From Macrostomum hystrix (taxonomy: Eukaryota; Animalia; Platyhelminthes): DNA of 64,000 nucleotides. Shown here one piece after another: positions 12,531 through 24,789 of this stretch. The position numbers and the translations under genes are program-made. The stretch lies in assembly GCA_950097015.1 (NCBI GenBank), contig CATNEN010000038.1:32240001-32304000 (forward strand), given 5' to 3'. The notes under the pieces are model-generated. The model was not told the origin of the DNA. It searched no databases and saw only the letters and a list, made by a program, of their open reading frames with translations. Numbering within the stretch: the stretch's first letter is position 1; each line of letters starts with the position of its first letter.

Positions 12531-12904
12531 CTATGCTAGCAACTATTATTGTAAGTGTTTTCTTAAACTGCCAAATCTCTCCTAGGCCCTTTTTTCATGT
12601 AAATGAAAGCTATTTGAAAAGTTTTTCCTAGTGAGCAAGCCTATGTGCAGCGCTCAACTTATAAGACTCACTTTCTCCATCACTCTTTTACACTTTCTAC
12701 TCAGCCACTCGCTCTTTCTGTCTCCGGCGAGACACCAAAGCGATCTATAATAGGCTGGCAGCTGAACCTGTGTCCAATGCCCGAGTGTACACACTTGTTA
12801 CAGCACTGCTGGCTGCTTGTTGGGCGTGCGGCGATATACTGCAGTCTTAGTTGTTTCAGCTAGGATACCTGCGTGTACTGGGACTGGAGTTACACAGTTT
12901 GATA

Positions 12905-14030
12905 TCCTGTTAGACAGTGGGTGTTAGATATGGGAATTTGTGCCAACCTGTTAGACAGTGGGTGTTAGATATGGGAATTTGTGCCAACCTGTTAGACAGT
13001 GGGTGTTAGATATGGTAATTAGTCCCAACCTGTTAGACAGTGGGTGTTAGATATGGGAATTAGTGCCAACCTGTTAGACAGTGGGTGTTAGATATGGGAA
13101 TTTGTGCCAACCTGTTAGACAGTGGGTGTTAGATATAGGAATTTGTGCCAACCTGTTAGACAGTGGGTGTTAGATATGGGAATTAGTGCCAACCTGTTAG
13201 ACAGTGGGTGTTAGAAATAGGAATTTGTGCCATCCTGTTAGACAGTGGGTGTTAGATATGGGAATTCGTGCCAACCTGTTAGACAGTGGGTGTTAGATAT
13301 GGGAATTTGTGCCAACCTGTTAGACAGTGGGTGTTAGAAATGGGAATTTGTGCCATCCTGTTAGACAGTGGGTTTTAGGTATGGGAATTTGTGCCAACCT
13401 GTTAGACAGTGTGGGTGTTAGAAATAGGAATTTGTGCCAACCTGTTAGACAGTGGGTGTTAGATATGGTAATTAGTGCCAACCTGTTAGACAGTGGGTGT
13501 TAGAAATAGGAATTTGTGCCATCCTGTTAGACAGTGGGTGTTAGATATGGGAATTCGTGCCAACCTGTTAGACAGTGGGTGTTAGATATGGGAATTTGTG
13601 CCAACCTGTTAGACAGTGGGTGTTAGAAATGGGAATTTGTGCCATCCTGTTAGACAGTGGGTTTTAGGTATGTATCAACGCCAAACTGTTAGACAGTGGG
13701 TGTTGGATATGGGAATTAGTGCCAACCTGTTAGACAGTGGGTTTTAAGTATGTATCAATGCCAAACTGTTAGACAGTGGGTGTTAGATATGGGAATTAGT
13801 GCCAACCTGTTAGACAGTGGGTTTTAAGTATGTATCAATGCCAAACTGTTAGACAGTGGGTGTTAGATATGGGAATTAGTGCCAACCTGTTAGACAGTGG
13901 GTTTTAGGTTTGTATCAACGCCAAACTGTTAGACAGTGGGTGTTAGATATGGGAATTAGTGCCAACCTGTTAGACAGTGGGTGTTAGATATGGGTATTTT
14001 CGACAACCTGTTAGACAGTGGGTGTTAGGT
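12905..14030. repeat. 41-bp minisatellite (CCTGTTAGACAGTGGGTGTTAGATATGGGAATTTGTGCCAA)n
   Basis: About 27 tandem copies. Confidence 0.96.
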
Positions 14031-14739
14031 TTTGGATCAGGATATGAGGATATGTGGATCCTATACTCTTCGATTCAATCGGTTTGATAAAGGTGCTAAG
14101 ATCACATATACAAAGTAAAAATTATTTTAGGCTCTATTATGGTCACACTTCTTGTACTTTAATTTCCTGGCTCACTTTAGACAAGCACAACAAAATGCTT
14201 TTAACTTTCAACTGTTTTTCTTGGACTTATAAAAGTGCCAAAGTGTGTACTTTAGTGTAGGCAGTTACACGCCTGAGGCTATATCTAGACAAACACACAA
14301 GTTAGGTATCTAAGTGGCCGTCAATTCGAAACCTTGTTAAAGACACGCACTATCGGGGGTGAACGCCGGGACTTCTATACCCAGCATCTAATGTTAGATT
14401 CTCCATGGTTCTGGGGGTTAATGAAGTTGTTTTCGTCACCGTAGAAAATAATTGAATATCAGCGTTAACTTGGGAATCAGTAGAGATATAGGTCGCTTTG
14501 ATAGCTAGCACTGAAACTGTCAACAATAATTAATCATTAGACGAAGAATACTCAGCTTAATTTGACTTTTTTTAAGCGGATGACCTGTCAATAGGCAAGC
14601 AACAGTAGCTGCTCTGCAATAATTTGATTAGAGCTTAATTGTTTCTGTATCTTAGAGAACGAACAAATTTGTTAGGTAATTCCCGAAAAGTAAGACGACC
14701 GAGTTTTGGGCTCTTGTGCTCCTGAGGGTAGTGCTAAAA

Positions 14740-15580
14740 CACTGAAGTATACTGAAGGATGGGCCCTGAGGTACTGAAGGATGGGCCCTGAGGTACTGAA
14801 GGATGATCCCTGAAGCACTGAAAGATGAGCCCTGAAGCACTGAAGCATAATCCCTGAAGCACTGAAGGATGATCCCTGAAGTACTGAACGATGATCCCTG
14901 AAGTACTAAAGGATGATCCCTGAAGTACTAAAGGATGATCCCTGAAGTACTGAAGGATGATCCCTGAAGCACTGAAGGATGATCCCTGAAGTACTAAAGG
15001 ATGATCCCTGAAGTACTAAAGGATGATCCCTGAAGTACTAAAGGATGATCCCTGAAGTACTAAAGGATGATCCCTGAAGTACTAAAGGATGATCCCTGAA
15101 GCACTAAAGGATGATCCCTGAAGCACTAAAGGATGATCCCTGAAGTACTAAAGGATGATCCCTGAAGCACTGAAGGATGATCCCTGAAGTACTAAAGGAT
15201 GATCCCTGAAGCACTGAAGGATGATCCCTGAAGCACTAAAGGATGATCCCTGAAGCACTGAAGGATGATACCTGAAGCACTGAAGGATGATCCCTGAAGC
15301 ACTAAAGGATGATCCCTGAAGTACTAAAGGATGATCCCTAAAGCACTGAAGGATGATCCCTGAAGTACTAAAGGATGATCCCTGAAGTACTAAAGGATGA
15401 TCCCTGAAGTACTAAAGGATGATCCCTAAAGCACTGAAGGATGAGCCCCGAAGTACTGAAGGGTGGGAACTGAAGTAGTGAAGGATAGGCCATTAAGAAC
15501 TGAAGGATGGGACCTGAAGTATAGACTTAACCTACTGAGGGATTGATCCCTGAAGTACACTGAATGATCCCTGAAGCAAT
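14740..15580. repeat. 22-bp minisatellite (CCCTGAAGTACTAAAGGATGAT)n
   Basis: Direct periodicity, degenerate flanks. Confidence 0.95.
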
Positions 15581-16484
15581 AAAACATGGGTCCTGAAGTA
15601 CGATACAAACCTGAAGGGCGAAAAAATATCATAAAGGGCTCACAAAAGAAATTAAACAACAAAACTCACAATGAAATCGGTCGCAGGCGGTCACATATTT
15701 TGAAAACTTATTTTTGTGAAAGAATATAAAGTTGCAACAATGCAACACAGAAGTGTACTTGCAAATTTCTATTAATATAAGTTGAGATATTAGTATATAT
15801 ACTTGCAAACTGTTTGTGCAGATATGACTATTTAATTAAATAATAGTATATGGACAGAAATATAAAATTTTGTAACTAAGAGAAATATTAGAAAAGGAAT
15901 TTAACTGAAATACAAACTGATCTAACACTTTCCTTCGCCATGAAACAAAAACAGAGCAAGATAACTAAAAACGACAACAAGAAATCAGTTAGAGAAAAAG
16001 AATTGCTAAGCTATCTTCAATTAATTACCTACAATTGTTAACTTTCAGCAGCAAAACACGCGTCCTAGTGTGACTACTTACAAAATTTGTAACAGTAGTT
16101 AGTACGTATATAAACTGAATAAAATATTCCTACCAAAAAATGGGTCTACAATCTAGTCACGGGCGGCAATGGAATCCACATTACTAAATAATTGTAATTA
16201 GGCATTTTAAATACCAACAAGCTGATAGCAAGCAAACAGTTACTAAAAAAGTATATATTGCACAGCAGTATATGCAAGCGGAGGAAAGTGTAATAGGAAA
16301 TGATATAGTCTAAGTAGAAAAAATACTTAAGCCACCCGATTTTAACTCTAAGCAGCAGAGAAATATGAAATGTGAAGATGCGACTGAAAAATCATCTGAT
16401 GTCATTGTTGATTGCCATTTCAAACCATCCGAATTTAGAGGCTACTGAATGCAGACTCGGTAACGGTTGCTAGGGGCTGATTTT

Positions 16485-17815
16485 TAAGTGTCAGTTTTCT
16501 ATGGGCGGATTTTTAGGTGTCAGTTTTCTATGGGGCGGATAATTAAGGTGTCAGTTTTCTATGGGGCGGATAGTCAGTTTTCTATGGGGCGGATTTTCAG
16601 GTGTCAGTTTTCTATGGGGCGGATAATTAAGGTGTCAGTTTTCTATGGGGCGGATAATTAAGGTGTCAGTTTACTATGGGCGGACTTTTAGGTGTCAGTT
16701 TTCTATGGGGCGGATAATTAAGGTGTCAGTTTTCTATGGGGCGGATAATTAAGGTGTCAGTTTTCTATGGGGCGGATAATTAAGGTGTCAGTTTTCTATG
16801 GGGCGGATAGTCAGTTTTCTATGGGGCGGATTTTCAGGTGTCAGTTTTCTATGGGGCGGATAATTAAGGTGTCAGTTTTCTATGGGGCGGATAGTCAGTT
16901 TTCTATGGGGCGGATTTTCAGGTGTCAGTTTTCTATGGGGCGGATAATTAAGGTGTCAGTTTTCTATGGGGCGGATAATTAAGGTGTCAGTTTACTATGG
17001 GCGGACTTTTAGGTGTCAGTTTTCTATGGGGCGGATAATTAAGGTGTCAGTTTTCTATGGGGCGGATAATTAAGGTGTCAGTTTTCTATGGGGCGGATAA
17101 TTAAGGTGTCAGTTTTCTATGGGGCGGATAGTCAGTTTTCTATGGGGCGGATTTTCAGGTGTCAGTTTTCTATGGGGCGGATAATTAAGGTGTCAGTTTT
17201 CTATGGGGCGGATAATTAAGGTGTCAGTTTACTATGGGCGGACTTTTAGGTGTCAGTTTTCTATGGGGCGGATTTTTAGGTGTCAGTTTAAAAAAAGGCG
17301 GACTTTTAGGTGTCAGTTTTCTATGGGCGGATTTTTAGGTGTCAGTTTTCTATGGGCGGATTTTTAGGTGTCAGTTTTCTATGGGGCGGATTTTTAGGTG
17401 TCAGTTTTCTATGGGGCGGATTTTTAGGTGTCAGTTTAAAAAAATGCGGACTTTTAGGTGTCAGTTTTCTATGGGCGGATTTTTAGGTGTCAGTTTTCTA
17501 TGGGGCGGATTTTTAGGTGTCAGTTTTCTATGGGGCGGATTTTTAGGTGTCAGTTTTCTATGGGCGGATTTTTAGGTGTCAGTTTTCTATGGGGCGGATT
17601 TTTAGGTGTCAGTTTTCTATGGGCGGATTTTTAGGTGTCAGTTTTCTATGGGCGGATTTTTAGGTGTCAGTTTTCTATGGGCGGATTTTTAGGTGTCAGT
17701 TTTCTATGGGGCGGATAATTAAGGCGTCAGTTTTCTATGGGGCGGATAATTAAGGCGTCAGTTTTCTATGGGCGGATAATTAAGGTGTCAGTTTTCTATG
17801 GGTGGATTTTTACGT
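16485..17815. repeat. 29-31-bp minisatellite (GGTGTCAGTTTTCTATGGGGCGGATAATTAA / ...GATTTTTA)n
   Basis: Direct periodicity. Confidence 0.95.
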
Positions 17816-18577
17816 GTCAATTTGAATGTTGGAAAAAACATTTTGTTGTAGATGAGGTAAAAATAGTTCATAAATTTTAATTCAAGTCTACAGCATACAG
17901 TAGTATAGATTGCAACTAGATGTAACTGCTAATTGTATACCTGTACAACAGGTAAAGGTAGGAAAATAGTAATCAAATCAAATCTAAACTTAAATATATT
18001 TGTTTAAATGTTTGGAAATTGTAGGACTAGAAAAAAACAAAAACAAAAATTTTATTAACTACATAAACTAAGAAATTTTTATCGTAATAGTAATAGGACA
18101 ATCTATAGCTTATCACAATGGTTAAACACCTTGAGAAATGTTGATTACACAGACAGATATTTGTTGGGTATAGAAATGGTTTAGAAGCAATACACCAACA
18201 TTTAACAACACCAACACAAGAAAACAACTGAGATTGACGCTGAACCATTTTATTCGCTTTTTTTCTGTACACATATTGCATTTCAAACTAATTAGCAGTT
18301 AAAAATATAACCAGCATAAGTAGTATCGGAGGTATATTATGCATTTATTTCCTCTCTCTATTGCAACTTTGGTGTGCTAGACTGCACAGACTGACAGATA
18401 CACAATGATCAATTGGTGCCAAAATCCATGTTTATTTTGTCAAGCCGTCTTCAGTTAGAGGTAGGTCTGAAAATAATTTTAGGGTGACGCTGCAAGTGAA
18501 AAACTGTAATTGAACAATGATGAGAATTTGGAAAATTCACATAAAGCATTGTTCAGCCTGTTAGTTAGCGTTTGGCT

Positions 18578-19240
18578 CTTGTGTACATTCAATATCTCTG
18601 TGGGGTACTGGCCTTAGAGGGGTCTTGGGTACATTCAATCTCTCTGTGGGGTGCTGGCCTTAGAGGGTCTTGGGTACATTCAATCTCTCTGTGGGGTGCT
18701 GGCCTTAGAGGGTCTTGGGTACATTCAATCTCTCTGTGGGGTGCTGGCCTTAGAGGGTCTTGGGTACATTCAATCTCTCCGTGGGGTGCTGGCCTTAGAG
18801 GGGTCTTGGGTACATTCAATCTCTCTGTGGGGTGCTGGCCTTAGAGGGGTCTTGGGTACATTCAATCTCTCTGTGGGGTGCTGGCCTTAGAGGGGTCTTG
18901 GGTACATTCAATCTCTCTGTGGGGTGCTGGCCTTAGAGGGGTCTTGGGTACATTCAATCTCTCTGTGGGGTGCTGGCCTTAGAGGGGTCTTGTGTACATT
19001 CAATCTCTCTGTGGGGTGCTGGCCTTAGAGGGGTCTTGTGTACATTCAATCTCTCTGTGGGGTGCTGGCCTTAGAGGGGTCTTGGGTACATTCAATCTCT
19101 CTGTGGGGTGCTGGCCTTAGAGGGGTCTTGGGTACATTCAATCTCTCTGTGGGGTGCTGGCCTTAGAGGGGTCTTGGGTACATTCAATTTCTCCGTGGGG
19201 TGCTGGCCTTAGAGGGGTCCTGGGTACATTCAATCTCTCT
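18578..19240. repeat. 45-46-bp minisatellite (GGGTACATTCAATCTCTCTGTGGGGTGCTGGCCTTAGAGGGGTCTT)n
   Basis: About 14 tandem copies. Confidence 0.96.
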
Positions 19241-19896
19241 CTTGGGCTGAAAAATGTTGACAGAAAAATTAATCATGACGATGGCTTGTGAGCACATAAT
19301 ACAATTAAAATGAATCAATAAGAATAAATAGTTAGCTAATAGTATTACATTGTGAGTTTTTGAAATGAACCGAAATTTGTATAATCTGTGAGTTGGTTTG
19401 AGCACCAGACAGAAAGCTCTGATAGACAAAAAACACAACAAAGGATTCGATCGTATTTAGATTTACATTATTTAAAGGTCTCGAAAGGAAAAAAAGCAGC
19501 GTACAATGTTTTTTTGTAGGTGCTAGGCGCAAATATTTAATGAAATCATTAGAATGTTAACACCATTGCACAGAGTATGATACAAAGACTTCAAGGGGTA
19601 TTCGGTGGACTAATCAAAATCATTTTGACAATTAACTATTCTTTTATCTAACTAAAATCACGACCCTATATTCGCATAAGTACTGCACATCCTTTTCAAA
19701 TAGAATAGAATAGCGACCAGAGTTTCAATAAATTAAATTAACAGTCTAGCTTGATATAGCTATGTAAATCATTCTTACTATTTTTTAAGATATTAATACA
19801 ACTAATATTTTGTATTATTATTTTATTACAATTTAAATATTGAACGATTTTACTAATGCCATAAGCACATATGAAAGTGCGGTAAAAAAGTAGTAG

Positions 19897-21340
19897 CTAA
19901 GCCTGGGGTCATTGGGAGTGGGGTAGATGAGCCTGGGGTCATTGGCAGTGGGGTAGATAAGCCTGGGGTCATTGGGAGTGGGGTAGATGAGCCTGGGGTC
20001 ATTGGGAGTGGGGTAGATGAGCCTGGGGTCATTGGGAGTGGGGTAAATAAGCCTGGGGTCATTGGGAGTGGGGTAGATAAGCCAGGGGTCATTGGGAGTG
20101 GGGTAGATAAGCCTGGTGTCATTGGGAGTGGGGTAGATGAGCCTAGGGGTCATTGGGAGTGGGGTAGATGAGCCTGGGGTCATTGGGAGTGGGGTAGATA
20201 AGCCTGGGTCATTGGCAGTGGGGTAGATAAGCCTGGGGTCATTGGGAGTGGGGTAGATAAGCCTGGGGTCATTGGGAGTGGGGTAGATAAGCCTAGATCA
20301 TTGGGAGTGGGGTAGATAAGCCTGGGGTCATTGGCAGTGGGGTAGATAAGCCTGGGGTCATTGGGAGTGGGGTAGATAAGCCTGGGGTCATTGGCAGTGG
20401 GGTAGATAAGCCTGGGGTCATTGGCAGTGGGGTAGATAAGCCTGGGGTCATTGGGAGTGGGGTAGATAAGCCTGGGGTCATTGGCAGTGGGGTAGATAAG
20501 CCTGGGGTCATTGGGAGTGGGGTAGATGAGCCTGGGGTCATTGGGAGTGGGGTAGATAAGCCTGGGGTCATTGGGAGTGGGGTAGATAAGCCTGGGTCAT
20601 TGGGAGTGGGGTAGATAAGCCTGGGGTCATTGGGAGTGGGGTAGATAAGCCTGGGTCATTGGCAGTGGGGTAGATAAGCCTGGGGTCATTGGGAGTGGGG
20701 TAGATGAGCCTAGGGGTCATTGGGAGTGGGGTAGATAAGCCTGGGGTCATTGGGAGTGGGGTAGATAAGCCTGGGTCATTGGGAGTGGGGTAGATAAGCC
20801 TGGGGTCATTGGGAGTGGGGTAGATAAGCCTGGGTCATTGGCAGTGGGGTAGATAAGCCTGGGGTCATTGTCAGTGGGGTAGATAAGCCTGGGGTCATTG
20901 GGTGTGGGGTAGATAAGCCTGGGGTCATTGGGTGTGGGGTAGATAAGCCTGGGGTCATTGGCAGTGGGGTAGATAAGCCTGGGGTCATTGGGAGTGGGGT
21001 AGATAAGCCTGGGGTCATTGGCAGTGGGGTAGATAAGCCTGGGGTCATTGTCAGTGGGGTAGATAAGCCTGGGGTCATTGGGTGTGGGGTAGATAAGCCT
21101 GGGGTCATTGGGTGTGGGGTAGATAAGCCTGGGGTCATTGGCAGTGGGGTAGATAAGCCTGGGGTCATTGTCAGTGGGGTAGATAAGCCTGGGGTCATTG
21201 TCAGTGGGGTAGATAAGCCTGGGGTCATTGGGTGTGGGGTAGATAAGCCTGGGGTCATTGGGTGTGGGGTAGATAAGCCTGGGGTCATTGGGAATGGGGT
21301 AGATAAGCCTGGGGTCATTGGGAGTGGGGTAGATAAGCTT
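19897..21340. repeat. 30-bp G-rich minisatellite (AGATAAGCCTGGGGTCATTGGGAGTGGGGT)n
   Basis: About 48 copies; source of the MTPGLSTPLP ORFs. Confidence 0.97.
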
Positions 21341-21451
21341 GGACTCCTTGAGTACTTCACAAGCAAATCAATATTGAATCTAATTTCCAAAAGAAGCACA
21401 GACCGGTACCAGACAAAAGAAAATCTAAGATGATTGTCGGCAAGGAATTAC

Positions 21452-21528
21452 CGTGTGAATGCCGCTAGCTGAAGCAGCATTAATTATCTGGTGGTCATGG
21501 GCAGAGGCCAATCCGATTCCCATTGCTG
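21452..21528 (-). CDS. PIP5K1 C-terminal tail exon (AAMGIGLASAHDHQIINAASASGIHT)
   Basis: acgcag| acceptor phase 1, ACG|gtaatt donor phase 0; open frame. Confidence 0.5.
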
Positions 21529-21894
21529 CTGCGTTGAGGTGTCAATCATTATTAGTTTATTAAAATAAGTGAAATAAAAAGCAATTACCTTAAATCTAGA
21601 ATACAAAATTGTTAATCATACTACTATCATGGAGAGTAAATTAGTTTTATTTATATATTTTTGTGCTACTGATGTTAACTTGCATGTTAGTATTATAAGT
21701 TGCAAATTGCTAGAATTTTATAGCTCGCTAGAAAGTAACGATTTCAAGGAAATATATGACAAACAAATAGGAAATGTTCGTTTATAATTGATTTAGTCAG
21801 TGCACTGTTAAATAATAATTCAGATTTTTTGTTTAAACGATGCCATGACATTAAAAAATCATAAAATTGTAAAAAAATCGACAAAGGCCCTCAC

Positions 21895-21969
21895 CGTGCT
21901 TCGTTTGGCCGGAGTCCCACGTGGCTGCAGCGGCTCCTGCTGGCTGAACTGGCAATGCTGAATTGCCGT
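21895..21969 (-). CDS. PIP5K1 C-terminal tail exon (DGNSALPVQPAGAAAATWDSGQTKH)
   Basis: ttcgcag| acceptor, G|gtgagg donor, phase 1-1, GC-rich. Confidence 0.6.
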
Positions 21970-22047
21970 CTGCGAAATGCGATTCCAAGAAACTGACAGT
22001 TACAGGCAGTGACACAGACAGCTACAGAAAACGAGGTAGACAGACAT

Positions 22048-22290
22048 AACAGACAAAACAGACAGTTACAGACCAAGGCACAAATACTTACAGACAAAAC
22101 AGACAGTTACAGACCAAGGCACAAATACTTACAGACAAAACAGACAGTTACAGACCAAGGCACAAATACTTACAGACAAAACAGACAGTTACAGACCAAG
22201 GCACAAATACTTACAGACAAAACAGACAGTTACAGACGAAGGCACAAATACTTACAGACAAAACAGACAGTTACAGACGAAGGCATATTA
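22048..22290. repeat. 41-bp minisatellite (ACAGACAAAACAGACAGTTACAGACCAAGGCACAAATACTT)n, intronic
   Basis: About 6 copies. Confidence 0.9.
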
Positions 22291-22314
22291 CAGAAAACGA
22301 AACAGACAACTCAC

Positions 22315-22461
22315 CGTCATGTACGCCGGCAGTCATCACGGCGGCCATCATGCTGGCAGGTCTGGCTCCCCCGCTGCCGCCAACTCCGATGCCGGAGTCG
22401 TCAATGGTGGACGATCGGCCGCGAGTGGCAGCCCGCCGTCTGCTGGGCGCGGACTTCATGG
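22315..22461 (-). CDS. PIP5K1 C-terminal tail exon (AMKSAPSRRRAATRGRSSTIDDSG...VHD)
   Basis: ctctcccag| acceptor, G|gtgagt donor, phase 1-1; KSAPSRRR resembles the post-kinase KPSPSKK segment of type I PIP5Ks. Confidence 0.72.
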
Positions 22462-22668
22462 CTGGGAGAGGCGAGACGAGAGAGTGAGTCGGTTTGAAAA
22501 GTGCATATAGATTGGCAAATTGAAAACAGAAAGCGATCAGTGGATTGGTTGAATAAATATTTTATTCGGTAAACAACTCCTCAGACACATTTTAGCATGT
22601 GATTTGTCAATCAATTTAAATCCCTGGTTCATTAATATCCCCATTATTATCATCCGTTTAAATCTATT

Positions 22669-23030
22669 GGGCGGATAGCTCAGTCAGTAAGGTGTCGGAC
22701 TCTGGATCAGATGGTCCTGGGTTCGACTCCCGACCTAGTCTAGAACTATTCGTGCAGCTGCTTTGCCCTGATGTGCTCACAGTCTACTCAGCTGCAAATG
22801 AGTACCGACATTCCGGCTGGCGTGGAATAAAGCAGTTCTGTGCGGCAATTCAGTAGAGTTTTGATGATGCCGATATGTTTGGAAAAATAAATTCCATTGC
22901 TGACACGCGGCTGTCAACCGGTGTCTGAGAGAGCCGGGGAGTACATTAGGTGTGCAGTCCCCACCTGCTAGTGTGCTTGACACACAACACCTGCCATGGC
23001 CCTTGGGTCTAGTGTAAAATTATATTTTTT
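22669..23030 (+). mobile_element. tRNA-derived SINE (family B)
   Basis: A box TAGCTCAGTCAG and B box GGTTCGACTCC; internal GTCTACTCAGCTGCAAATGAGTACC core-like motif; T-rich end; flanked by TTTAAATCTAT (22657-22667) and TTTAAATCCAT (23029-23039), a candidate TSD with 1 mismatch. Confidence 0.75.
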
Positions 23031-23641
23031 TAAATCCATAGGTTGTTAATACTTTTAGATCCTAGATTTGGCTTGTTAGTCCCTTACAATCCCTAGCTGC
23101 TTAACCCTAAAAAAACCCTGCTTTGAAATCCTTAGTTTGGTACTCCCTTCAATTTTTTAGTTTGACAATTCTTAGAATGTGGAAGAACGGAGGAAGAAAA
23201 TAATTAGCTTTAAAGTGCATAATTTTTGTACAGAAATGAGCACAGATCGATAAGCAAAGTAATGAAATTGCACTAAAGGCTAATGAATTAGACTAAAAGC
23301 TGTGAAAGTTAAATAATTATTTAGTTACTAACTCCCTAGCAAATAGAACATAGCTCGAAATTAGAATCTAGTTTATCATAGCTACTAAGAATGTAATGAA
23401 TTAATTTACTAGAAGCGATCTTACTACTAACTATAAGTAGCATGACGCAGAATTATAGCCAATTAGAAGAAAACGGACCATAAATCCAGATTAAATGAAT
23501 CACTCATCATATATTTAAAAAGGAAAGTGTGTATAAATAAAAGTGCATCTGCATGCGTAGCGCAGATCATTAAGTACCAACTGCTGTTTCTAAGGTACTT
23601 TAAAAAGGAAAATATACAAATTAAGGTTCGATTGGCCTTAC

Positions 23642-23656
23642 CCATAGCGGCCGAGG
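23642..23656 (-). CDS. Candidate 15-nt PIP5K1 microexon (ASAAM)
   Basis: cattgcag|CCTCGGCCGCTATGG|gtaagg; symmetric phase 1-1; GC island in an AT-rich intron. Confidence 0.45.
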
Positions 23657-23978
23657 CTGCAATGTGACAACAATGCGAAAAAAATTGGTTGGCACATTGA
23701 ACTTTTTTATTATGCTCCTCTGACAGTTAATTGTATACTACTTAAACGAGAGAAAACTAGTAAGTAGTAAATTCAGTTTATTGTGACACAATTTTGGAAA
23801 TTCTTGTACAAACACTGAAAGAGTAATAATTTAAGTGGAATAATTGTGCACAGAACAAATAAGGAGGAAATTAAGGTGTCACAACAAGGTAAACTAACAC
23901 GGACTGCTTGCAGAACGCAAAACTGTAAGAATAAGAAAGGCTTGAAGCAAGCTAATAAGCATTAACTTTATATGTATA

Positions 23979-24523
23979 AGTCAGTCAGTCAGTCAGTCAG
24001 TCAGTCAGTCAGTCAGTCAGTCAGTCAGTCAGTCAGTCAGTCAGTCAGTCAGTCAGTCAGTCAGTCAGTCAGTCAGTCAGTCAGTCAGTCAGTCAGTCAG
24101 TCAGTCAGTCAGTCAGTCAGTCAGTCAGTCAGTCAGTCAGTCAGTCAGTCAGTCAGTCAGTCAGTCAGTCAGTCAGTCAGTCAGTCAGTCAGTCAGTCAG
24201 TCAGTCAGTCAGTCAGTCAGTCAGTCAGTCAGTCAGTCAGTCAGTCAGTCAGTCAGTCAGTCAGTCAGTCAGTCAGTCAGTCAGTCAGTCAGTCAGTCAG
24301 TCAGTCAGTCAGTCAGTCAGTCAGTCAGTCAGTCAGTCAGTCAGTCAGTCAGTCAGTCAGTCAGTCAGTCAGTCAGTCAGTCAGTCAGTCAGTCAGTCAG
24401 TCAGTCAGTCAGTCAGTCAGTCAGTCAGTCAGTCAGTCAGTCAGTCAGTCAGTCAGTCAGTCAGTCAGTCAGTCAGTCAGTCAGTCAGTCAGTCAGTCAG
24501 TCAGTCAGTCAGTCAGTCAGTCA
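23979..24523. repeat. Perfect (TCAG)n microsatellite, ~136 units
   Basis: Uninterrupted tetranucleotide run. Confidence 0.99.
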
Positions 24524-24729
24524 AACTATTGAATGTATATATTTATTTTATTGCAAGATGAAAAGTTTATACAAGCGGGTTTATTTAAGCACTGTGTTCC
24601 TTCGTACCGCGGAAACGTGAAAACGGTATATTCGAGCTTAATTACGAGTAAAAAGAAAGTTACTTTGTACTTCAATAATCTATACTACGAAGAGAATTAT
24701 TAATAATAAAGCAGCAGGTGCGACATTAC

Positions 24730-24789
24730 CGAGAGTAACAATGCGCCTGAATCTCAGAGCATTTGGTCCAAGCATGTTTGGTTCGTCCA
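24730..24789 (-). CDS. Candidate 60-nt PIP5K1 exon (LDEPNMLGPNALRFRRIVTL)
   Basis: tttttcaag| acceptor, G|gtaatg donor, phase 1-1, open frame. Confidence 0.5.

Noticed and set aside
19833-21399. Mucin-like MTPGLSTPLP ORFs as a PIP5K tail
   Set aside because: 30-bp array with frequent 1-nt indels that break the frame, and no suitable acceptor
22669-22742. Functional tRNA gene
   Set aside because: A and B boxes are present but the acceptor stem does not pair, and the sequence continues into a SINE body with a TSD
23972-24532. SVSQ-repeat ORF (and the CLSV/DRQT ORFs at 62.1-62.6 kb)
   Set aside because: Translations of tetranucleotide microsatellites
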